A DNA stretch of 35,915 nt from NCBI GenBank assembly GCA_964255285.1, contig CAXUUL010000078.1, positions 1-35,915 on the forward strand, in the 5' to 3' direction. Below are positions 23,949 through 34,258 of the stretch, piece after piece. Positions within the stretch are counted from its first letter, which is position 1. The number at the start of each line of letters is the position of its first letter. Origin of the DNA: Ionaspis alba. Lineage: Eukaryota. Made by a program: the position numbers and the translations under genes. The notes beneath the pieces are model-generated. The model saw only the letters and a program-made list of their open reading frames with translations. It was not told the origin of the DNA and did not search any database.

Positions 23949-24900
23949 TTAACAGCCCTTATCAACCAATTCCTTCTCTGTCCATTCCCACAAATTTTCA
24001 GCCAGGGCAGTATCATAGACATACGAACTCCCTTGGCTAATATTAGCGATGGGCTGGTAATACGCTCGATTTGGAGATCTCTTCTCCCTATTGTGGCCGC
24101 CCAAAGCCGGTCTTTTGCCCCTTCCTAGACGCTGCCCATGGCGAGAGACCCACCATTGCCACAACCCATCTCATGACCGCGCTTGTCACTTTGTTCGGCC
24201 CATGGAGGTCTGTTTGAATGATGCCGAGATCGACAGAGACAGAAGTAATCTCTGGATGTCGTGCGGCAAGCTCCCTGGTGTACGGGATATTGGCCAAATT
24301 CGACTGGCCATAACACGCCCAGGCTCCCTGAGCGTCTAATTTTGCTTTCTCAGTTAAGACGCCGTCTTTCAGGGCCAATCAATGTCCATCTGAGGTAAGT
24401 TCTATGATGCGCGCATGAACGCCGGCAGGAGTAGCTTCGTCAGCAGGGTGTGGCCTATGTGGTTGGTGCCGGATTGTACTTCGTAGCCTGCTTCGGTCGT
24501 GCCAGGTGGCGTAGCCATGATTTCTGCGTTGCTCACCAAGATATCAGGACGTGACCACTGAGCCGAGAATTGTCTTGCCGCTTCTGCAACGGAGTGAGCG
24601 ACGTCAAGTCGAGATGGAGGAACGTAACATTGGCTGACGGGACTGCAGCCTTGATGTCCGCAATGACCTTCTCCGCTGTGGATTCCGCGCGTGCTGCAAG
24701 ATATATATGCGCCAGGTTATGCTTCGACAATTGGAGGATCGCCTCCGCGCCGAGCCCCGTGTTTTCCTATGGTGGAAATGGGCTTCACTCTATGGTACAT
24801 GATTGATGCGTTTTACGACACTGCCTCCGGTCGCTATGATCACTTTGTTAGAGAGATCGGGGACGTCGACCTTGGGAGAGAATTTCTTGTCCCAGAACAT
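23949..24900 (-). pseudogene. Degraded short-chain dehydrogenase/reductase (retinol dehydrogenase/WWOX-like SDR)
   Basis: Fragments DVPDLSNKVIIATG / NTGLG / LHLDLTSL / DILVSNAEIMA / GTNHIGH / YGQSNLAN / LAENLWEWTEKEL lie in different frames; frameshift near 24595, deletion/frameshift near 24410, in-frame TGA near 24380, YxxxK Lys changed to Asn. Confidence 0.88.
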
Positions 24901-25591
24901 GGCTGAGAATAAGTTGCAAGGAGATTGAGACTTCAGTGCAAATCGAGACAAATTTAAAGGGACTGTCAAGTCATATTATGTGCGTATGATCGAGAGGTGA
25001 GGAGAATCTAACGACTGTCCTGTGGCCGTAGCTAGATATCTTACCTTGCTCAAGGTCGCTTGAGAACCGTGTAGGGTTCAGAATCAAGTTCGATGCTCAG
25101 GATCGGAACACGGTACTCAGTCAGTCCGGGCCAGTGAGCATTGAATTGGATCCATCCATGAGGATCCATCTGGACAGGTAAATCTGCCGGCTGTTCCTTT
25201 CGCCAACACAAAGAATCAAAATCCGGAAGCAAGCATACTCTACGTATTTTGTGCCAGTGGACTCCAGGTGTGTAAGTGCGCTAAGTATAAGTCTCAGCCT
25301 CATCCAGGCCTGGGCGAGGAGGATGGAACCGGCTGCAAATATCAGATCCTGCTCCCGTCAGGGGTTTTGCCCTGTGACTGTACGGTGGAATTGAACCTCC
25401 CTTATTTTAGCTGGTATCGCCATTGGCCAGGGCAAATACTAATGCACGTACCGGTACGTAACAGTTGCCTGGAGTTACCCTCGACACTCAGTTCAGTCCT
25501 CTTCGAAGTGATTGCTTCCACAAAAAAAAAAAAGAACACGCGCAATTCGAGTCCATCCACCACACATGGTCCCGTGCAGGGCCCGTGCATA

Positions 25592-25858
25592 GATCTTTTA
25601 TCCGACGCCAAGAGATCTGATCTCGACAAGATCTTGGAGCGCAGATCGAGAGGCGCAAAATGGCCAATGAGATACATCAACAGCTGGCGATCTCGTCATC
25701 AGGGCCACTCCAACGGTCTCCACCCTTCTCCTTGGGTCATCATGATAAGCCAATCATGGCAAGCGCTTTAAGGATCGATGAGGAGATTGCAGGGGGAGCA
25801 CATGCTCTGTGGTCCTGTCCGGCTGCTGACTCTGCTTAGACTAGTGCTTCCAGATCGA
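25592..25858. promoter_or_regulatory. GATC/GATCGA cluster, candidate White Collar light-response element for cry-DASH
   Basis: GATC at 25592, 25614, 25619, 25630, 25644, 25689, 25773, 25853; three are GATCGA. Confidence 0.5.
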
Positions 25859-25974
25859 TGATGATGACGATGCTGCGGGTGCTGCTGCTGGTGCTGTTGT
25901 TGTTGCTGCTGGTGCTTCTGCCGACTCATTGCCTGCTCTAATGTAGTGGCTTTCGTTTCGTTTCGTTTCGTTTC
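25857..25974. repeat. Simple repeats: (GAT)n, imperfect (CTG/TTG)n and (TTTCG)4
   Basis: gatgatgatgacgatg, gctgctgctggtgctgttgttgttgctgctgg, tttcgtttcgtttcgtttcgtttc. Confidence 0.8.
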
Positions 25975-26261
25975 TCAGAACACCTTGATTCTACTTGACG
26001 GCTATCGCAGCCCAAAACGTAGTATCCTTCCGGTCCACTCCGCCCTGTGCGGTCATTTGGGTGCACCCAATGAGACTGATTTAATTTCTCAATTGTTTCT
26101 TTCCTTCACAGTTTAGCTGAGTGTCTTATCCTCGAGACAAACCTCCCCCGTGCATCTTCCTCGTCCGCTTCGTCCTCCTTTCTTCTGTGCTCTACTTCAT
26201 AAGGCGAGCCTTGGGCAGCCTAACCTAGCGTTATCCTTGGAGAGGATTGACCATATACAAG

Positions 26262-28166
26262 ATGTCCACTCCGCGCATTCTAATCTACCTTTTCCGCCGT
26301 GATCTTCGGGTTGCCGACAACCCCATCCTTCACGAGATTTCCAGATCGTATCAGCAATCCCAACATCCATTTACCCACCTCTTACCCATCTATGTCTTTC
26401 CTGCCCAGCAGGTAGAGGTATCCGGTTTCCTCTCCTCGGAGTTCGAACGGTCACCTTTCCCAGAGGCTCGTTCCAATGCAGCTGGCTTCTGGAGATGTGG
26501 ACCTCACCGAGCCCAATTCCTGGCGGAAAGTGTATGGGACTTGAAAAAGTCATTGGAGGGGGTCGGCAGTGGCTTAGAGATACGGATCGGTATGGCGGGC
26601 CAAGTCATTAAGGAGATATTTGATGCCTACAAGCGCGACTCTTATTCCGGAGAAGTTGTGGGTGTATGGATGACGAGCGAAGAAGGCGTTGAGGAGCAAA
26701 GGGAAGAAAAGGATGTTAGACAGGCCACTGAAGGCGCTGGGCAAAGTTTCAAGCTGTGGACGGACGAGAAATATTACATAGATGAGTATGACACACCATC
26801 GACACAACATATGCTCATCTGTTGACCATCGGATAGCCGAGACCTCCCATTCAAGAACCCTCGCGATCTACCCGACGTCTTCACCACATATAGGAAGCAG
26901 GTTGAACCGCTGAGGGAGGCACCCCGACGGAGTGTCCCCAAACCCAATACATTACCGCCATTACCTCCGTCTCCCCCGCCTCAATCAGCGCCCTTCGCAA
27001 TTCCGACCACATTTGATGGACTCGTCACTTGTCTAAAAAAGCCCCTAGAAGCGAACCTTGGTTTGACCCATCCACCATCGTGGCCTCCAAATGCCAAATC
27101 CGCCCATCCTTTTCATGGCGGTGAGAAGGCTGGGCATGACCGGATCAAGCACCTCATCACAACAGGCAACATGTCGACCTACAAGGACACTCGGAATGGA
27201 ATGCTCGGCCTAGACTTCAGTACCAAACTTTCCGCCTGGTTAGCTCTTGGCTGCATCACCGCTCGTCAGACTCACGAATATCTAATCGACTTCGAGGAAG
27301 CCAAAACTGAGTTGGGCAAGGGCTCTCAAGGCTACGGCAAAGGCGAGAACAAAGGCACTGCCGCCGTGCGTTTCGAACTTCTCTGGCGAGACTACATGCG
27401 GCTGTGCACGAAGAAATTTGGTCCCCGACTGTTCCGTGTCGAGGGCTTTAGGAATGACACCTCGTACCCATGGAAATACCCACAGAAGGACAAAGATACC
27501 CAGCTCAAAGTTACTCGATTCCTCAATGGAACAACTGGAACTGGCCTGATCGATGCGAGCATGCGTGAACTCTTCCTTACCGGCTATACATCAAACCGCG
27601 CTCGGCAAAACGTTGCTTCCTTTTTGGCCAAACACCTTGGTATCGATTGGCGGATCGGAGCGGAATGGTACGAGAGTTTGCTGATAGATTACGATCTCAG
27701 CAGCAACTGGGGTAATTGGCAATACACTGCGGGCGTTGGTAATGATCCCCGCGGCGAGGCCAGAGTCTTCAACCCTGTCAAACAGGCGTTCGACTACGAT
27801 CCGGAGGGCGCGTACGTGAAGAACTGGGTAGAAGAGTTGAGGAAACTGGACGACCCTCAGTGCGTATTCCAGGCATGGAAAGTGCCAGAGGAAAGAAGGA
27901 AAGAGGTCGGGTTGGAGGGTCTCGAGTGGGTAGAACAGCCTCTGAAGAGGATCGAATTCAGGGTCGGAAAAAGCGGTGGTGGGCGCGGAGGTAGAGGAGG
28001 GGGTAAGGCCGGCAAGGCCGGTGGCAGTAGAGGAGGTGGAGGAGGAGGTGGGCATTATGGTGAAGGTGGAAGGGGTTTCTCAGGTCGGGGCAGAGGAGAG
28101 AAAACAAGGGGTCAGGGTCGTATGGGTGCGATGGACAAGGCGCACTGGAATGGGGCTGTCTACTAA
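26262..28166 (+). CDS. cry: Cryptochrome DASH with Gly/RGG-rich C-terminal tail
   Basis: Exons 26262-26785, 26837-28166; FRRDLRVADN, DLPDVFTTYRK, YKDTRNGMLGLDFSTKLSAWLALG, FELLWRDY, GYTSNRARQNVASFL, SNWGNWQYTAGVGNDPR. Confidence 0.96.
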
Positions 28167-28692
28167 TTATTGTGAGCGTGGATATCATCTCCTTGATTTT
28201 GCAGCATCTGCCAATAGCTACGATGGGACATACTAGCCTCCGTTGCGCCTGGACCTTGGTCAACCTACATTAGGGGCCTGAGCTCTGATGTCAAATTCTT
28301 GTGAAATCATGCTAAAGCTTTGAGCCTGCGTACTGAACACGATCTGGTCGACGCTATTAATGGACAGTGCGAATGATATTGAAGAACGACTGCCTTCAGT
28401 GTTCAGAATCTCAGCTGACATTGTCCCGGTATGGCTGTCTGAAAACGATAGCAGCTGTAACGAGTGCTTGGCGCAAGTTATTTCAAGAAGAGTAATGGCA
28501 GCCAAGCGGGATTACAACGGTACCAGACACATCTGTAGGAGATTGCACAAATGGTACCAGTGAAGTATTAGGAGGGAATTGAACATGCAGCCATTTTGAA
28601 ACAAAGCTAGATCTACCATGGCACAGCCATCCGAGATTGACGCTCAGACAAATGTACGCAACACGTCCGAAACCATTCCAGCACAACCCCTA

Positions 28693-29513
28693 CTACTCGA
28701 CCTTGCTATCGAAAGTCTCCCCTGCCACAAGGTCGGGAATGTCGTCATCGTCATCTTCTCCCTTCTTGTCAGCGTCCTCTCCGCCCTCCTTCTGTTGCAT
28801 GCTCTGATAGCTTTCTGCCAACTTGCGCAGAGAAGCGAGACTGTCAGGCCCAAGCTGGTTCAAGATACCGGGGACGAGTTCGGTCAATTCTTTGTCCTCG
28901 CCATTGCCGTATATTGCGAAGGTGTTCGAGGGCACCGAGGCATGAACTAGTGGATTGGGTAGTCAGTACCAGAGTATTCCACGAGAGCTGAGCCGACACA
29001 TGTGTAATGGGCGAAAAGACGGCGGAGGAAGAGTAGGCTCGTGCAAAGGCAAAATACACACCCTTTGGCGCAGCAAAGTGAATGACATTCCCATCCTCTT
29101 TGAACATGTTCACTTCCTCAATCGCTTGGATGGGTTGGGTATTCAACTTTTTCAGAGCTGTCTGGAGCTTTTTGTCATCTGTGCCTGAGCTCTTGTGGAC
29201 CTTTTTCATCTTTCTCCGTGGTGTTCCCTTTCCCCTGCGAATCGCAAGACGGTCAGCCTTCAGTAGATCAATCCGCCGTCTTCCACCACATCAAATTGGC
29301 AGTCTCAAGATCTGGACGAGGGCATTCGAGTGGTGGAGGTCGGCTTACCCTGTTTAGCATTGCGTTAGCGGGTAATTACGATTTCTTTGCAAGGGAAGAT
29401 CTGGTTCGTGCTTGAGCTCCATCGCTTAGTGCTTCTGGGAAACCGCAGTCTTGAGATTGAGACGTACCAATTCGCACCGACTGCTGCATCTTCGCTAGCT
29501 TTGCCTGATCCAT
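28693..29513 (-). CDS. EGD1: Nascent polypeptide-associated complex beta subunit (BTF3/Egd1)
   Basis: Exons 29513-29468, 29349 (1 nt), 29234-29062, 28946-28693 give [31 protein letters not shown]...[11 protein letters not shown]...[12 protein letters not shown]...[14 protein letters not shown]. Confidence 0.96.
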
Positions 29514-30318
29514 GATTTGCAAAGTTGCGGATTGGGATCACCGCACTGTCCTTGAACTGGAAGCCACAAAGATCCTGAATGGTATCAGATGTCAGATTGG
29601 ATATAGTCGATGGAATCGTAGGCACGCAGAGCCTGTGACCTTACCTGAGTGCCGAAGGTTGACGAGGCGCCTGGTCACCAATTGTATACACTCGAATCTG
29701 GAATCGACAGTGCGAGAGGAATATTGCGGCTAGTCCGCATGCCTTAGCGAGGCGGGAAGGAATTACACGCAGGCGAGGCGGCAGAGGATTAAGAATATTG
29801 ACATCAAACTGCGCGGTTGATAGAGAGCAGCGTATACATCCTCCGCACCTGTCTCGAGAGAGTCGAATGTGGAAGGCGAGCACCTCGCGGCTGACCTCCG
29901 AATTTCGACGTTGTCACCATGACTTACACGCAGGTGACGAAATGATCTGTTCACCCAAAAATATCGTATGGGAGGTTTGGTGGAAAGCCACCTAAGATCT
30001 AGTTGGCTACCTCCCCATTCTCCCAATTAACACGAACAACCTCAGCGACGCCCCAACTACGCCTATTTCAGGTTCACTGATTGTTCTGCCACCTGCGTGA
30101 CCGGTACCGCGCACACCAAGGTCTACAATTCCAATATCGATGTGTATCATATCACATCCGTCCTTATCAGTCTCGATGTTGCGTTTGCAAGCTTCGTCCG
30201 CCATTTCCCATGTATTAACGGCGTGGCTGACAAATCGTCTCATGACAGCGGTCGCGCCCCTTAAATTTACATTCGTTCTTCTGCCATTCAGAAGCACCAG
30301 CACAGTCCTGTACTTTTC

Positions 30319-31448
30319 TCAAAATACTTCTGGATCCTCAAAACCTTCCATGCCTTTTGTTATGACCTTCTCCGCCGCAGAGGCGGCCCTGCCAATCTCC
30401 CCTCCTTCACGTTTTGCTGTTTCCAACCCTCTTCTGACTGCCGTCTCAAACCTCTTCAGGTAGATGCGCTGTCGATCCTGTCGGTCCTCACATTTCTCGT
30501 TTTCCTCATCCTTTAATGAGCCGAAGAGTTGTAGATGCGCGAAGCAGTTTGATCGTGATGGCAAGACATGATTATAAGTATGTGACAACGGGAAAGGCCA
30601 TCCATGATGTATAATAGCCTGGCTGCTACCCTCTGCCAGACCAGCTTGAAGGAGTGAACCTAGGACAGTCAGGCTCTTAACAAAAGCTTTTCCTTCGCTA
30701 CCTGCCTTGCCAAACGATGCTTTAGAGGATGACCATGAAGGTGCCTTGTTATCGTTCGACCAATTGAGCATAGCCAGGAAGCATTTCAGTGTCTTTACCC
30801 AGCCGCCGGCGCAAGAAACAAGCTCGTCTCCCGCAACCGAGAGGGCCCAGGCGAGTATGTCCATTGTCGAGGTGCGAATATCGGCAGCTAGATGCGTCAT
30901 GCCGGCGCGGATGTAGAGTAAGATTTGATCGATGTGGTCTTCGACATCTCCTGGCGGTAGTGTGTGGAGGAGTTTGAGTAATTGACCGCGAACACCATTA
31001 CTACCGTCGAGGAACAAAGGCAGGATTTTGGGGAGGATGACACTGAATGGCTGATGAAGGGACGTGCCGACAGGTCGACTCGAGATTGCAGAGGTGAGAT
31101 AGCTCAGGGAATCTCTGCGCTGAGTGTCCGATCGTGAATTCAGCAGAGAAAGCTGATGACTGAACTGGGCAGAAGAAGACGGTGCAGATGTCGTTAGTGA
31201 CTGTTGGCTCAGAACGATGGCTAGCCATTAGATCAGTAAGAGTAGCTAGCTCCACAAGATCACATTGAGCATCATACCCTTAGACTTGAAACTAGTGTCC
31301 GTCGAATTCGAGGCTTTCGGACGGGCCTTGCCAACTCTTAGCTTGGGTTTCTGCAAGATTAGTTAGAAGTTGTCTAATGGAGGTAAGATAGTAGTAGTAC
31401 CTGAAAGTCTTTCTTTTTCTCCTTCTTCTTTTTCGCACTCGATCCCAT
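30319..31448 (-). CDS. IPI1: Pre-rRNA processing protein Ipi1 (Rix1 complex)
   Basis: Exons 31448-31401, 31350-31278, 31220-30319; MGSSAKKKKEKKKDFQKPKLRVGK..TDTSFKSKAIVLSQQSL, LYIRAGMTHLAADIR. Confidence 0.93.
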
Positions 31449-32251
31449 GGCCTCAGCCCACCGCGTACCTCCTTCTCTTTCGTTTCGAAGGGAATAAGAG
31501 CCTTAGATGCCAAATCATGGACAGCTAGCAAGTGGAAAAGCGAGACCTGATCAGTACAGAATGGGGAATGGGATATCGCGGTGGACTTGTGAGGACGTGC
31601 GATATAGGACTTAGTATGAGACATTGATGAGGAATTTCAGAGCACTGTGGCACGTGCGGCTAGGCCTCGGTAGTGGTAAGCGAAGGACTGTGCTAGAGGT
31701 TCCATCGGGCGAGCAATTAATATGCCGCACGTAAAACAAAAAAGCAATTCTGGCGATTATTAGTGGTTGGTTAGTGGCTGGTCCCCTGATTCAACCCCCT
31801 GCGGCACCGAACCAAGCGGCCGTTGAAGTGGGACCTTAGCTGCCATCTATTGTGCTAGTTGTGTTTGTGAGGAGCTCCCACAATTCCTAGCGAGTTCTAG
31901 TTACTCCGTACTTCAAGCTTGCATCTCGAGCTATCTGACCGATAGCTTGGGGACTAATACCAAAGCCTGACCACTTTGTCTTTGACGGAACGTCTCCACC
32001 ATAGGCACAGCAGCTTCGCCAAAATCTTAGCCTCTCTTTCTACGCAACTGTTTACGTTCTTGCGAGACAATATCGTTGTCACTAACTTTCAAGTTCGTCA
32101 CGAACATTCGCGATCAGAGCGCAGCCTGAAGCTCTATAGACGATCCAATTCTCTGTGTCCTGTCATATTCACACATCACACCTGGTATAGCAAGCACGAG
32201 AATTTCTGCTCGCCGGCGGTGAATCAGGTTCGATTCAGGAACACTGTAATT

Positions 32252-32815
32252 ATGACAGAATCATCCGTGCGTTCTGAATCATATGGTGTATTTTAGATCT
32301 TCGTTGATCTTCTATTAGTCTCCGGCTTTGGACAACCTCGCCCGTCTCTGCTCAAAACCAGGGGTCCAATGCTCGCTGCTTCTCTCTAAAGATGATGGTG
32401 CAATTATACAGAGTACGGGTCTTGCCTCCAGCAAAGAGTCAGCAGCCTCGCTCGAAAACGACATTCGAAACCCTGCTCCTAATTCTCACGAGCCTCGGGC
32501 TACTTTTGCGGACGGGACGGAGAATAAGCTGGGGTATGGAACCGGACGGTTTGGTGCTCTAGGAACGGCCGAGGAAGCCGCGAAGACGGTGTTAGCTTTT
32601 GTCTCTGCAGCTGGCGGACTGGTAGAGAATCTAGATCCAGGGGATGGAGTTCAGCTTTTGAGAATGAGGACAAGAAGATTCGAGATTGTGATCATTCCAG
32701 GTGTGTACAGACATTGTGTCCGAAATATTTGCGGATTGTCCGTCGAGCTGAATGTAGAATTCCAGATCACAAGTATCTGCTCGTGGTGGTGCATGATCCC
32801 CCTAAGAGTTCTTGA
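32252..32815 (+). CDS. Roadblock/LC7-type dynein light chain
   Basis: Exons 32252-32266, 32319-32700, 32766-32815; LARLCSKPGVQCSLLL..GAIIQST and LLRMRTRRFEIVIIPDHKYLLVVVHD match roadblock N- and C-terminal patterns, with an internal low-complexity insert; first exon is tentative. Confidence 0.8.
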
Positions 32816-34258
32816 TTGTCTTGGACAAGATACGATCCTATCGCTCTCGAGACTTTGAGCTTGGGAACGTCATCACTCTCAGCATCATTGTTTCAGGAAT
32901 CGTATCCAAGCGAAGTAATTACGTGCAACACCGAATACTTGGTCGATATGGTCGACCGCATCGATAGCTTTGCGATTCAACAGGTCCACGGTGATCCGAG
33001 TATTCTACCACTCAGTCAAATGTAGCATAAAATGTGTGAGGTCCTTTCTGCGTTATGGGCATTTCCAGTTTGATATACATGATATGATATCTTGAGCGTG
33101 GCCGCAGTGCTCAGGGTCTCGTTCCTCGGAGTTCTTGAATGTTACGATCTGGCAGCATGTGTCAACAGCAACCCGACCTGCAGCGTTGAGAGGATTACTT
33201 CGGGGACCCAGGCAGTGAGATTCGATGCATAAAAACTGGCCGTGTTACACAGCTCAAGAACCCATCCGATGATTAGAAGATACCCAGGAAATCTTCGGGG
33301 CTGTGCTAGATGTCCACAGCCCGGCCAGTATCCATCTGGTCCACAGTCTTGGATATCCGGATCATCACTTGGAACCCGTATCTCGGAAAGCGCGAGTCCT
33401 ACCCGGGATGTCGGGTGACGTCTCAAGGCATGAGGTACATGCTACGGCAAGCTACAGTCCCTACTCTATTCGCTTGTCGCACAGCAGGAAATGAATATTG
33501 AGACGTGGCTTACCGCCAACGCGTTTGAACCTCTGTCTAGAATACTTATGTTCCTGCAACACGAGGAGTTGCACGAAACATGCGCGACCATTAGAGCCAC
33601 AGTCCATGCCTCAGTGTGAACATCAAGTAATAATTGTTTCGTGTGGAGACCAGTCCAAAAATATGATGGAGCACACGAATAGAGATCGAATGGCTTTGTG
33701 GTAAGTCGATCTCAGATTCCCAAACACGCTATTTCACGACTGGTTAGTTTCCGCAAGGCACGCTCCAAAAGGAACTTTACTAGCTTTGACGACTTCATTC
33801 ACAAATGTCATGTTCATTTTCCTTATAGATGTCTCAGAGATATAGCCTCCATAGTGGTACCTTCTAGACGACAGACAGAAACTGAAACGTGATTCAGTGA
33901 GTGGTGCCCGAACACTATCTCACCAAATTATAATACAGAAATCGGAATAGAACTCTGCACTCAAATTGAAAAACCCTAAACTGCTAGTTCTGATTTGCTG
34001 TCTTATGCGAATACCTGCACCCTTATTTTTCTCATCCAGCGAAAAGTATCAGTTTCCCACAGATACCGCAGTGCTAGATCTGGGTTCTGACCGATTGGTA
34101 CAAGAGCTCGGGTCATCCCACTAGCATTTTGGACGTGTTCGAGGGAGAAAACGCGATCAGACTACATACAGGGATTACGAGGACTATAGCGAACCTCAAG
34201 TCCTCAATTATCACAATACCCCCAAAGCATCGTCGGTGACGACGATACAGCCTTTAAC

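Noticed and set aside
25268..25771. 167-aa ORF with a poly-Lys stretch
   Set aside because: Poly-Lys comes from an A-tract; no motif; overlaps the probable cry promoter
29235..29467. Classical [D1,2] stwintron or intronic snoRNA in EGD1
   Set aside because: Removing intron 1 does not build a new donor from a split G|T, and no convincing C/D or H/ACA boxes were seen; the 1-nt exon explains the frame
31955..31975. Resemblance of ACCAAAGCCTGACCACT to RNase P CR-V, and of nearby motifs to RNase MRP or snR30
   Set aside because: The complementary CR-I strand and other required motifs are absent
33142..33820. Minus-strand intron-like signal (GTAAAG..CTAAC..TAG) and a 94-aa ORF
   Set aside because: The spliced frame hits a stop almost immediately and no family is recognisable
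33971..33979. AAACCCTAA as a telomerase RNA template or telobox
   Set aside because: Single short match, not TAACCCTAA, with no supporting structure
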